From positions 1-24,519 of the IMG/VR virus record IMGVR_UViG_3300005805_000473: DNA of 24,519 nt, one strand, 5' to 3'. How positions within the stretch are numbered: the first letter of the stretch is position 1; every line of letters starts with the position of its first letter. Position numbers and translations under genes: made by a program. Below are positions 16,465-24,519 of this stretch, in pieces. Below the pieces are notes generated by a model that searched no databases, was not told where the DNA came from, and saw nothing but the letters and a program-made list of their open reading frames with translations. This stretch comes from a virus (taxonomy: Duplodnaviria > Caudoviricetes).

Positions 16465-17226
16465 ATGGCTGCCTACGGTCTTGGTCCATACGGCCTGGGG
16501 AATTACAGTTACGGCGTAAGCCTCGCTGCCGCCACCATGGAGGCCACCAGCGCGGTGGCCGTGGACGCAAAACGCATCTGCATAGGTGCGTTTTCTGTTT
16601 CTGCTGCCAGCACGGTGTCGGTGTCCGCCAACCCGATCAAGGATGCGTCCTTTGCGGTGTCGGCCTCCGGCGGCGCATCGGCTGCGGCGCAAAGAATTGC
16701 AGTGGCATCGGCCACGGCCTCCAGCGCCTCTAGCGTGGCCGCAAATGCTGTGCGGTATGCCATAGGTGCGGCAACGGCTGCATCGGCCTCTGGCGCGTCT
16801 GTTGCGGCACTGCGCGTGGCGATTGCCAGTGCCACGGCTGTGGATGCCAGCGCGATGGCCGTGAATGCGGTGCGGGTGCCGCTGATCCAGATCCTGATTG
16901 AAGACTTTGGGCAGATGACGGTCAGCACCTCGGTGATCGTCAACCAATCAATGCTGATTGAGGCGGCATCGGGGATGACGGTCAATGGGGTGCGCAGGCA
17001 GTCCTTTGACGTGCTGTTTGAGGCCACATCACAGATGCTGGTCGATGCAAACCTGAAGTGGGTGGTGGATCCTGACACTGCTGAGAGTTGGTCGGCACTG
17101 CCTGACACGGAAGAGGTGTGGACCCCCTTGACCGATGAGAGTGAAACCTGGGCTGCAATTGAAGACACAAGCGAAACTTGGTCGGCAATTGCGGATAATA
17201 CTGAGACTTGGCAAATTGCCGCATGA
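16465..17226 (+). CDS. Repetitive Ala/Ser-rich virion protein
   Basis: N-terminal YG repeats, about nine 20-aa repeats, and a C-terminal 10-aa Trp/acidic repeat. Confidence 0.7.
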   Translation: MAAYGLGPYGLGNYSYGVSLAAATMEATSAVAVDAKRICIGAFSVSAASTVSVSANPIKDASFAVSASGGASAAAQRIAVASATASSASSVAANAVRYAIGAATAASASGASVAALRVAIASATAVDASAMAVNAVRVPLIQILIEDFGQMTVSTSVIVNQSMLIEAASGMTVNGVRRQSFDVLFEATSQMLVDANLKWVVDPDTAESWSALPDTEEVWTPLTDESETWAAIEDTSETWSAIADNTETWQIAA

Positions 17227-17234
17227 GGTGAAAT

Positions 17235-18740
17235 ATGGCTGACTCCACAACGACCAACTTATTGCTGACCAAACCAGAGGTGGGAGCCTCGACCGATTCC
17301 TGGGGGACCAAGATCAACACCGACTTGGACTCGGTGGATGCGGTCTTTGCGGCTGCTGGCAACGGCACCAGCGTGGGCTTGAATGTCGGCGCGGGTAAGA
17401 CGCTGAACGTGGCTGGCACGGCCACCCTGCCTGCTGCCACCACGTTGGGCGGTGTGACGGCGGTGGGCACCACCACCACGCAGACCCTGACCAACAAGAC
17501 GATCAACCTGACCAGCAACACGTTGGTGGCGACATCGGCTCAACTGGCCGCAGCGGTATCTGACGAAACAGGCACAGGCGCTTTGGTGTTCGCCACCAGC
17601 CCAACCTTGGTCACTCCGGCTTTGGGTACTCCAGCATCGGGTGTGGTGACCAACCTGACAGGCACAGCCTCGATCAACATCAACGGCACTGTGGGCGCTA
17701 CAACAGCCACCACAGGCGCATTTACTGATGTGACCACTTCAGGCACTGTGACGCACAATGGCGGCACAGCCAACGGCGTGGCATTCCTGAATGCTTCCAA
17801 AGTCCTGACCACTGGGTCTGCGCTGACGTTTGATGGGAGTACTTTTGGAGTTACAGGGGCGGCAACTGTAACTGGCGACATATCAACAACAAGTACAGGA
17901 CGTTTAAATCTGCGTGGTTCTGCGACCGGCGTTAACAACGATTTCCAATTAGACAACAGTGACACGCTTGTTAATTTTCGAGCCACCCGAAGCAATGCAA
18001 TAACTAAAGGTTATGTTTGGTTTTTAGATAATTCCACAAACGAAGCCATGCGCCTGACCAGCGCAGGTCTGGGTATTGGGACGAGTTCGCCAGCGGCAGG
18101 TGCAAAACTTACTGTGAATGGCGGTGTTTTTGTAACATCCAACATCACTGCGGCAACAACAGCAGCATCTGCAATTGACTACTTGTCTGGTGCAATGCGG
18201 TTTATTGCATACGGCCCATCAACATCAAACTTTGGAAGCCAAGTATTTTCAAGGTCAGACGGGACTACCACCACCGAAAGTATGCGCCTCGACGCCTCCG
18301 GCAGCCTCGGCTTGGGGGTTACTCCGAGTGCTACAAGTAGTAGCTATAAAAATGTGCAAAACGGTCTTGCAACATTCATGGGGTCTTCTAGCGATCCTGC
18401 GGCATATTTGAATGCAAACGCTACATTCAATTCAGGTTGGAAATACATTGCAAACGGCACAGCGACCCGTTACGAGCAAGGCGCTTCTCACACTTGGTAC
18501 ACCGCCCCCTCCGGCACAGCAGGTGACGCTATTAGCTTTACTCAGGCCCTGACCCTGTCGGCTGTGGGCAACTTGTTGCTTGGCGGTACATCTGATCCAG
18601 CAAGCGCAGCAAAAGCCATTGTGATTTACAACGGCACAGCGCCAACAGGCAACATCGCTGGCGGCACTTTGTATGTTGAGGCTGGTGCTCTCAAATATCG
18701 TGGCTCATCTGGAACAGTGACAACACTGGCAAACGCATGA
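17235..18740 (+). CDS. Tail fiber / receptor-binding protein
   Basis: N-terminal [18 protein letters not shown] anchor, TQTLTNKT and [16 protein letters not shown] motifs, MRL...GLGIG repeats; Thr/Gly-rich. Confidence 0.82.
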   Translation: MADSTTTNLLLTKPEVGASTDSWGTKINTDLDSVDAVFAAAGNGTSVGLNVGAGKTLNVAGTATLPAATTLGGVTAVGTTTTQTLTNKTINLTSNTLVATSAQLAAAVSDETGTGALVFATSPTLVTPALGTPASGVVTNLTGTASININGTVGATTATTGAFTDVTTSGTVTHNGGTANGVAFLNASKVLTTGSALTFDGSTFGVTGAATVTGDISTTSTGRLNLRGSATGVNNDFQLDNSDTLVNFRATRSNAITKGYVWFLDNSTNEAMRLTSAGLGIGTSSPAAGAKLTVNGGVFVTSNITAATTAASAIDYLSGAMRFIAYGPSTSNFGSQVFSRSDGTTTTESMRLDASGSLGLGVTPSATSSSYKNVQNGLATFMGSSSDPAAYLNANATFNSGWKYIANGTATRYEQGASHTWYTAPSGTAGDAISFTQALTLSAVGNLLLGGTSDPASAAKAIVIYNGTAPTGNIAGGTLYVEAGALKYRGSSGTVTTLANA

Positions 18741-19222
18741 CGACACAGCAACTTGTAGCCGAGTACTTTGAATACCGTGACGGCAAACTGTACTGGAAAA
18801 AGGTCGCACACCCTAACAAGCAATGTCTTGTTGGGCAAGAGGCTGGATCAATGCATCCAACTGGCTATCGATATGTCACATGGCTAAACAAATCACATAA
18901 AGTTCATCGTTTGATTTTTTTGCTTGAACATGGTTATTTGCCTCCAGAGGTTGACCACATCAACAGCAATAGGGCAGACAATCGTCTTGAAAATCTTAGG
19001 GCAGCAAACAGAAGTCAAAACCAATGCAATCGCTTTGCGTTGTCAAACAATAAAAGCGGATACCCCGGCGTAAATTGGCACAAACACGCAAAATCTTGGT
19101 ATGTCCGAGTAATGAAAGACGGGAAAAGTCACATCATCGGCTACTTCAAAGACTTGGAGTTGGCTGGCCTTGTCGCAACCGAAGCACGATCTTTGTATCA
19201 CGGCTCTTACGCCAAAAACTGA
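18737..19222 (+). CDS. HNH endonuclease with AP2-like DNA-binding domain
   Basis: VHRLIF...[17 protein letters not shown]...SGYPGVNW...[10 protein letters not shown]; AT-rich. Confidence 0.9.
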   Translation: MTTQQLVAEYFEYRDGKLYWKKVAHPNKQCLVGQEAGSMHPTGYRYVTWLNKSHKVHRLIFLLEHGYLPPEVDHINSNRADNRLENLRAANRSQNQCNRFALSNNKSGYPGVNWHKHAKSWYVRVMKDGKSHIIGYFKDLELAGLVATEARSLYHGSYAKN

Positions 19223-19233
19223 AAGGACTCATC

Positions 19234-19533
19234 ATGACTACCACTTGGACAATCACCCAAACCGACTACGAAGTTTCCAACGGCTTCATCACGACCGCAC
19301 ATTGGACTGCCACAGCAACTGATGGCGACTACACAGCCTCCATCTATTCCACTTGCAGTTTTGCCGCTGCTACACCATCCATCCCCTACGCTGACGTAAC
19401 CATGCAAGAGGTTTTGAACTGGTGCTGGAACAACGGTGTGGACAAAGATGCCACTGAGTCTGCCTTGGCTGCCAACATTGCCCTGCAAAAGAATCCTGTG
19501 ACTGCCACTGGCACACCTTGGAGCGCCGCATGA
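19234..19533 (+). CDS. Hypothetical tail-fiber-associated protein
   Basis: Start reassigned to ATG 19234 (SD AAGGA); MTTTWTITQ...HWTATATDG...IPYADVT...GTPW. Confidence 0.75.
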   Translation: MTTTWTITQTDYEVSNGFITTAHWTATATDGDYTASIYSTCSFAAATPSIPYADVTMQEVLNWCWNNGVDKDATESALAANIALQKNPVTATGTPWSAA

Positions 19534-19685
19534 CTTTGAACCTTGAAGCCAACGAGTTGCAATTCATCCTGAACGTCTTGGGTGAGTTGCCATCCAAGTC
19601 GGGTGCATGGCCCTTGATCGTCAAGATTCAAGAGCAGGCCGCACCACAGGTGAAACCCGCAGAGCCAGAAAACCCGGCAGAGTAA
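19530..19685 (+). CDS. Small hypothetical protein (51 aa), not in the ORF track
   Basis: MTLNLEANELQFILNVLGELPSKSGAWPLIVKIQEQA...; ATGA overlap with the upstream gene. Confidence 0.72.
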   Translation: MTLNLEANELQFILNVLGELPSKSGAWPLIVKIQEQAAPQVKPAEPENPAE

Positions 19686-19700
19686 TTGAAAGGTTGCAGT

Positions 19701-19880
19701 ATGACCACGGTGGACAAGACAGAAGCCCGGTTGCAGACGCACGAGCAGCTTTGCGCCCTCCGCTACGAGCAGATCAACGCCAGGCTAAAGCGCATCGAGG
19801 GCATCATGATGCGCACTGCTGGAGTCATGATTCTGTCAATGGCTGGCACTATATTTTCCGCAGTCTGGATCCTCAAATGA
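19701..19880 (+). CDS. Coiled-coil plus single-TM protein (XhlA/holin-like)
   Basis: RLQTHEQLCALRYEQINARLKRIE followed by a hydrophobic C-terminus. Confidence 0.65.
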   Translation: MTTVDKTEARLQTHEQLCALRYEQINARLKRIEGIMMRTAGVMILSMAGTIFSAVWILK

Positions 19881-19972
19881 AAGACTGGGCCATCAGCTTC
19901 ATTGCTGCGGTGGCCCTAGTCGCCTTTGTGGTCTATTGCGTCAAAATCATGGTGTGGGCCTATGTTGGTTGA
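19877..19972 (+). CDS. 31-aa hydrophobic peptide
   Basis: MKDWAISFIAAVALVAFVVYCVKIMVWAYVG; ATGA overlap; fills the gap between neighbouring genes. Confidence 0.5.
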   Translation: MKDWAISFIAAVALVAFVVYCVKIMVWAYVG

Positions 19973-20393
19973 ACTCGCGGCGGCGAACGCAGCATTCCAA
20001 GTCATTAAAGAAACTGTCCAAAACGGCGGCGATATCATGGCCGCAGGCCAGAAGCTGTTCGACTTCTTTGACAACAAGAGCGCCATCCAGAAGAAAGCCA
20101 GTAGCGGCTCTGACATGGAAGCCTTTGCGGCTCTTGAGCAGATCAAGAACAACGAGGCCGAACTCAAGCGCATGATGGTCTACCACGGCAGGGCTGGGCT
20201 GTGGGAGGATTGGCTCAAGTTCCAGAAAGAAGCCAAACACAGACGCGAGGCAGAAGAGAAAGCCGCAGCGCGTAAGAAGGCTGCAAGGGTCGAAAAGGCT
20301 TGGATCATTGTTATGTGGTCGGCTGTTTTTGTGGTGGTCTGCGCCCTGACCATCATTGGCCTCTATGTTGTCAATCACCTGAAAGGAAAGTAA
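19962..20393 (+). CDS. Hypothetical membrane-anchored protein (lysis region)
   Basis: ATG 19962; helical body, basic stretch, C-terminal TM WIIVMWSAVFVVVCALTIIGLYVV. Confidence 0.7.
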   Translation: MLVELAAANAAFQVIKETVQNGGDIMAAGQKLFDFFDNKSAIQKKASSGSDMEAFAALEQIKNNEAELKRMMVYHGRAGLWEDWLKFQKEAKHRREAEEKAAARKKAARVEKAWIIVMWSAVFVVVCALTIIGLYVVNHLKGK

Positions 20394-20896
20394 TGCTGTC
20401 ACTCATCTCAACCCTTGGGGGTCTGCTGATCTCTGGCTTACCCAAGCTGCTGGAGTTCTTCCAAAACAAAGCCGACCAAGCGCACGAGTTGCGGCTGGCG
20501 CAGATGCAGACAGAGCGCGAGTTGCAAATGGCTGCCGCTGGTTTCGCAGCCCAAGCTCATATCGAGGAAATCCGCACTGAGCAAGTCGCTATGCAGACCC
20601 AGGCTGAAATGGTGCAGGGCGCTCAAGACCACGACAAGGCAGTGCTGGAAAAGGCATCCAAATGGGTCGCCAACTACATCGGCACAGTGCGCCCCACGGT
20701 GACGTACATCTTTGTGGCCGAGCTGGTCGCCATCAACGCCTTCCTGTGCTACTACCTGTGGAGTAATCCTGGCCTGATCACCAGCATGGACGATGTGCTG
20801 CGCTATGCCGACATCATTTTCAGCCCTGACGAAATGGCAATGCTTGGCGGAATTATCGGTTTTTGGTTCGGAAGTCGTAATTGGAGCAAGAAGTGA
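20393..20896 (+). CDS. Putative holin (3TM/GTA-holin-like)
   Basis: ATG 20393 (TAATG overlap); VRPTVTY and IIGFWFGSR motifs, hydrophobic segments; directly before the endolysin. Confidence 0.7.
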   Translation: MLSLISTLGGLLISGLPKLLEFFQNKADQAHELRLAQMQTERELQMAAAGFAAQAHIEEIRTEQVAMQTQAEMVQGAQDHDKAVLEKASKWVANYIGTVRPTVTYIFVAELVAINAFLCYYLWSNPGLITSMDDVLRYADIIFSPDEMAMLGGIIGFWFGSRNWSKK

Positions 20897-21399
20897 AAAC
20901 TTCTGAACTAGGCTTAGACTTGATGCACAAGTTCGAGGGCTACCGTAACCGTCCATATTTGTGCCCAGCGCACATTTGGACTTGCGGTTGGGGGACAGTG
21001 ATATACCAAGAGCAAATCCGCTTGCCGATGCTGCGGGTTGAGGGCAAGGATGTGCCCATGATTCGCAAAGAGATGCCACTGAAACCGGAGGACAACCGTG
21101 TCTGGTCCAAAGAAGAACTGGTTGCGATGTTCAAGGCTGATCTCGCAAATTTTGAACGTGGTGTTTTACGACTTGTTCCCGGCTGTGCTGGGCATCAAGG
21201 CCGCTTTGACGCTCTGGTATGTCTGGCCTATAACATAGGCTTGGGCAACATCCAACGCAGCACCATCCGCATGAAGGCCAACCGTGGCGACTGGGAAGGC
21301 GCAGCCCAAGCCTTCAGAATGTGGACCAAGGGGGGTGGGAAAGTGCTGCCGGGTCTTGTGCGCCGCAGGGAGGCAGAGATTGCTTTGTTCCTGTCTTAA
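20893..21399 (+). CDS. Endolysin, GH24 lysozyme
   Basis: FEGYRNRPYLCPAHIWT (E-x8-C-x5-T triad), FDALVCLAYNIG, LPGLVRRREAE; GTG start overlaps the holin stop. Confidence 0.93.
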   Translation: MKTSELGLDLMHKFEGYRNRPYLCPAHIWTCGWGTVIYQEQIRLPMLRVEGKDVPMIRKEMPLKPEDNRVWSKEELVAMFKADLANFERGVLRLVPGCAGHQGRFDALVCLAYNIGLGNIQRSTIRMKANRGDWEGAAQAFRMWTKGGGKVLPGLVRRREAEIALFLS

Positions 21400-21417
21400 A
21401 GGTGGAATAATTGCGCT

Positions 21418-22074
21418 ATGGCCAACATCAAGCAGCAACTGGAAGTCCCCTCAATACCAAGCCTTGGCTTTGCGCCAGAAGGGTATGAACGCAGGCATTT
21501 CAGCGAAAACTATGGGTCTTTGAATCTGTACTTTCGCAAGCTGACCAGCGTGCTGGGTGCATTGTTTGGGCCAAAGGGTGGCAAGAATCTGAACAACCCG
21601 CATGGGGCGTTTCACGACAGCACCGACCAGGTGGCTGCAAATACGACCACTGCTTACCCTGTTTTTTTTCGCAATACTGACATCTCCAATGGTGTCAGCA
21701 TTGCAAGCGACTCTCGCATCACTGTGGCGGTGGATGGCATTTGGAACTTGCAGTTTTCTTTGCAGATCAAAAACGTCAGCAATGATGGCCAAGACTTTGA
21801 CATTTGGTTTCGCAAAAACGGCACAAACATTGCAGACTCCAACAGCAGGTTTCACATCCCAGCCCGAAAATCTGGTGGTGATCCAAGCCACCTGATCGCT
21901 GCTTTAAACTTTTTTGTCAGCTTGTCGGCTGGTGATTACGTTGAGGTTGTGGGCTGCGTGACCAGCACAGATGTGAGCCTTGAGGCATTCGCTGCTGGCA
22001 CAAGCCCCACACGCCCAGCAGTGCCATCGGCAATTGCGACCATGACGTTTGTCTCTAATTTACCAACGGTGTGA
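21418..22074 (+). CDS. Putative virion protein with a beta-sandwich (C1q/TNF-like) C-terminal domain
   Basis: SRITVAVDGIWNLQFSLQ...IWFRKNG...LSAGDYVEV pattern. Confidence 0.6.
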   Translation: MANIKQQLEVPSIPSLGFAPEGYERRHFSENYGSLNLYFRKLTSVLGALFGPKGGKNLNNPHGAFHDSTDQVAANTTTAYPVFFRNTDISNGVSIASDSRITVAVDGIWNLQFSLQIKNVSNDGQDFDIWFRKNGTNIADSNSRFHIPARKSGGDPSHLIAALNFFVSLSAGDYVEVVGCVTSTDVSLEAFAAGTSPTRPAVPSAIATMTFVSNLPTV

Positions 22075-22076
22075 AT

Positions 22077-23555
22077 ATGTACATCCCCATCAAACTTCCA
22101 CCAGGCATTTACCGCAACGGCACAGAGTACCAAGCTGCTGGCCGCTGGTATGACGCCAACCTAGTGCGCTGGTACGAGAACACGCTGCGGCCAATTGGCG
22201 GCTGGCGCAAACGCTCCAGCGACCAAGTTACTGGCCTGTGCCGAGGATTGATCAACTGGCGCGACAACAACGCCACACGCTGGACAGGCATCGGCACGCA
22301 TTCGAATCTGTACGCCATGAGCGAGTCAGGCTCAATCAAGGACATCACGCCAACTAGCTTCACGGCTGGCATTGCGGATGCACTTGTGAAGACGGGTTAC
22401 GGTTACAGCGATTACGGCAAATTTAGCTATGGCGTGGCACGCCCAGACCTTGGTGCGATCACGCCAGCCACCACCTGGAGCATGGACACATGGGGTGAGT
22501 ATTTGGTGGCCTGCTCCAGCGCCGATGGCAAGCTATACGAGTGGGAGCTTGATTTTGCAACGCCAACGATTGCCGCGCCAATTGCCAACGCGCCAGAAGA
22601 CAACAGCGCCTTGCTGGTGACTGCCGAGCGCATTCTTTTTGCCCTTGGCGCTGGTGGCAACCCACGCAAGGTGCAGTGGTGCGACCAAGAAGACAACACC
22701 CTTTGGACGCCTTCCACCGACAACTTGGCTGGTGACTACGAACTGGCCACGCCTGGCACGCTCTTGGCTGGCAAGCGCGTCAAGGGCATCAACTTGCTGT
22801 TTACCGATGTGGATGTCCACACGGCGCAGTATGTGGGCGCTCCATTCGTTTACGGCTTTGAGAAGGCTGGCTCGGGCTGCGGCCTGATTTCGGCGCAGGC
22901 AGTGGCTGCCATTGACACTGCGGCCATCTGGATGAGCAAGTCGGGCTTTTGGATTTATGACGGTTACGTCAAGCCACTGCCAAGTGATGTGGGTGATTAC
23001 ATCCTTGGAAACATCAACTACAACCAAGCCAGCAAGATTTACGCTGTTCACAACAGTCAGTATGGTGAAATCTGGTGGTACTACCCCAGCAACAGCAGCA
23101 ACGAGAATGACAGCTACGTCACCTTCAATTACCGGGAGAACCACTGGAGCGTTGGCACACTGGCGCGTACCGCAGGCACAGACTCTGGGGTGTTCTCACG
23201 CCCCATGATGGTGTCGGTGGATGGCTATGTGTATGAGCATGAGGTAGGCTTCTCCTATGACGGTGCGTCAGTCTTTGCCGAGTCTGGACCCGTGCAGATC
23301 GGCAACGGGGACAACATCATGAGCGTGCTGCAAGTAATTCCTGACGAGCAGGCGCTAGGCGAGGCTGTGGTGTCATTCACCACCAGAAACTACCCCACAG
23401 GCGCTGAGGTCTCATATGGGCCTTATTCGGCTGCCAACCCGACCAGCGTGCGATTTTCTGGCCGCCAGATCAACATGAAGGTGACGGGCGCTGTTTTGGC
23501 TGATTGGCGGGTAGGTGTCATGCGCCTTGATGCGGTGGCTGCTGGCAAGCGATGA
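22077..23555 (+). CDS. Tail hub / packaged-DNA stabilization protein (P22 gp10-like)
   Basis: About 490 aa, beta-rich; VQWCDQED...W, GCGLIS, IWMSKSGFWIYDG, EIWWYYPS; podoviral synteny. Confidence 0.7.
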   Translation: MYIPIKLPPGIYRNGTEYQAAGRWYDANLVRWYENTLRPIGGWRKRSSDQVTGLCRGLINWRDNNATRWTGIGTHSNLYAMSESGSIKDITPTSFTAGIADALVKTGYGYSDYGKFSYGVARPDLGAITPATTWSMDTWGEYLVACSSADGKLYEWELDFATPTIAAPIANAPEDNSALLVTAERILFALGAGGNPRKVQWCDQEDNTLWTPSTDNLAGDYELATPGTLLAGKRVKGINLLFTDVDVHTAQYVGAPFVYGFEKAGSGCGLISAQAVAAIDTAAIWMSKSGFWIYDGYVKPLPSDVGDYILGNINYNQASKIYAVHNSQYGEIWWYYPSNSSNENDSYVTFNYRENHWSVGTLARTAGTDSGVFSRPMMVSVDGYVYEHEVGFSYDGASVFAESGPVQIGNGDNIMSVLQVIPDEQALGEAVVSFTTRNYPTGAEVSYGPYSAANPTSVRFSGRQINMKVTGAVLADWRVGVMRLDAVAAGKR

Positions 23556-23920
23556 ATGACTTAGAGCAACTGGAGAGGCTGCGCCACCATGTGGAGGCGG
23601 CATTAGAATACTCTGGAGGCACACACCATTTCGATGATGTCGTTGAGATGGTTAAGCAGAACAAGTTGCAGCTATGGCCTGCTGTCAATTCTGTGGTGCT
23701 CACTGAGATCATTGTCTATCCCAGGCTCAAGAATTTGCATTACTTCTTGGCTGGTGGCGACCTCGATGAACTCTCAAGGATGCGACCGATGATCGAATCC
23801 TGGGGCAAATCACTTGGTTGCACCAGGGTGTCATTGGCAGGCCGAAGAGGCTGGGCCAAGACATTTTTGAAAGATGAAGGATACAGCCCACAGTGGACTG
23901 TATTGGCAAAGACACTTTAG
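23552..23920 (+). CDS. GNAT-like protein (position of P22 gp14 / T7 gp13)
   Basis: TEIIVYPRLKNLHYFLAGG...WGKSLGCTRVSLAGRRGW. Confidence 0.65.
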   Translation: MNDLEQLERLRHHVEAALEYSGGTHHFDDVVEMVKQNKLQLWPAVNSVVLTEIIVYPRLKNLHYFLAGGDLDELSRMRPMIESWGKSLGCTRVSLAGRRGWAKTFLKDEGYSPQWTVLAKTL

Positions 23921-23926
23921 GAGCAG

Positions 23927-24519
23927 ATGATGGCAACCAGAGCGCAAGTATTGGCAGCGTATGCGGCAAACCCCAAGGCCGAGTTGTTTCCAAGCGAAGC
24001 CGCCATCCAGTATTGGCAAGGCGCAGGGCTGGGGTCTTTTGATGCAACCGTGGATGCTGTGCGTGCGGAGAATCCTGCACTGGCTGCGCAGATTGACGCA
24101 CAGCGCACCGCAGTTAGCACAAACACTGGTGCCACCACGGGCGCTGCCACTGGTGCTGCCACGGGTGCTGCCACTGGTGCCAACACGGGCTTGCTGGATG
24201 CTGTAGCCGCTACCAACACGGCGGCGGCATTGGGTGGCAACACAGGGGTGGTTAACACGGGCTTGCTGGATGCTGTGGTGTCCGGCAACACAGCCGCAAC
24301 AGGCAACACAGGTGTAACCACCACTGCTAACACAGCCGCAACAGACGCGACAGATGACGGGGGGTATTCTGACGCACAAGTAATTGTGTACGGCCCTGAC
24401 GGCACCATGTATAGCAGTCCCGGCGATGCCAGAGCGGCTGGCGTGACCAACTATACAACTACCCGGCCTGCAGCCACTGGTGCAGCCACTGGTGCAGCCA
24501 CTGGTGCAGCCACTGGTGC
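23927..24519 (+). CDS. Truncated Thr/Ala/Gly-rich protein, possibly internal virion/ejection protein
   Basis: SD AGGAG, ATG 23927/23930, open to the window end (MMATRAQVLAAYAANPK...TGAATGAATG...). Absent from the ORF track because it has no stop in the window. Confidence 0.75.
   Translation, partial: MMATRAQVLAAYAANPKAELFPSEAAIQYWQGAGLGSFDATVDAVRAENPALAAQIDAQRTAVSTNTGATTGAATGAATGAATGANTGLLDAVAATNTAAALGGNTGVVNTGLLDAVVSGNTAATGNTGVTTTANTAATDATDDGGYSDAQVIVYGPDGTMYSSPGDARAAGVTNYTTTRPAATGAATGAATGAATG
24469..24519 (+). repeat. Perfect 12 bp tandem repeat (TGCAGCCACTGG) x4.25 encoding AATG
   Basis: Units at 24469, 24481, 24493, 24505; a degenerate array of the same unit lies at about 24125-24190. 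Confidence 0.95.

Noticed and set aside
17235-18740. Diversity-generating retroelement acting on the tail fiber
   Set aside because: No reverse transcriptase and no template/variable repeat pair seen in the window.
14314-19222. HNH genes as group I intron-encoded
   Set aside because: Both abut intact flanking genes with no split gene or non-coding room for an intron core.
21658-21672. T8 run as a -1 frameshift site
   Set aside because: The -1 frame reaches TGA within a few codons and no stimulatory structure is evident.
21901-21916. In-phase T TTA AAC heptamer
   Set aside because: Not an efficient bacterial slippery site and no supporting context; likely chance.

Overview
A 24.5 kb fragment of a tailed dsDNA phage genome with podovirus (P22/SU10-like) gene architecture; all credible genes are on the + strand. 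A proteobacterial host is inferred, not shown. Gene order: end of a possible DUF2800-like gene; Prim-Pol/PriCT-2/AAA primase-helicase followed by an iteron-like repeat region; VRR-NUC nuclease; small terminase; a ~330 bp non-coding region; small accessory ORFs; large terminase; small charged proteins; glycosyltransferase and methyltransferase; portal, scaffold and major capsid; HNH; a second glycosyltransferase; adaptor and tail genes; HNH-AP2; a lysis cassette; gp10-like and GNAT-like proteins; and a truncated Thr/Ala/Gly-repeat protein. The strongest unexplained signal is non-coding: a 28 bp XerC/XerD (dif/psi/cer-like) site directly after terS, abutting a cluster of DnaA boxes, with a second DnaA-box and iteron cluster after the primase. 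This suggests the phage borrows host DnaA and XerCD, possibly for a plasmid-like state. A second candidate system is virion glycosylation (two glycosyltransferases and a methyltransferase coupled to head genes). All product calls come from motif recognition by eye; no searches were run.
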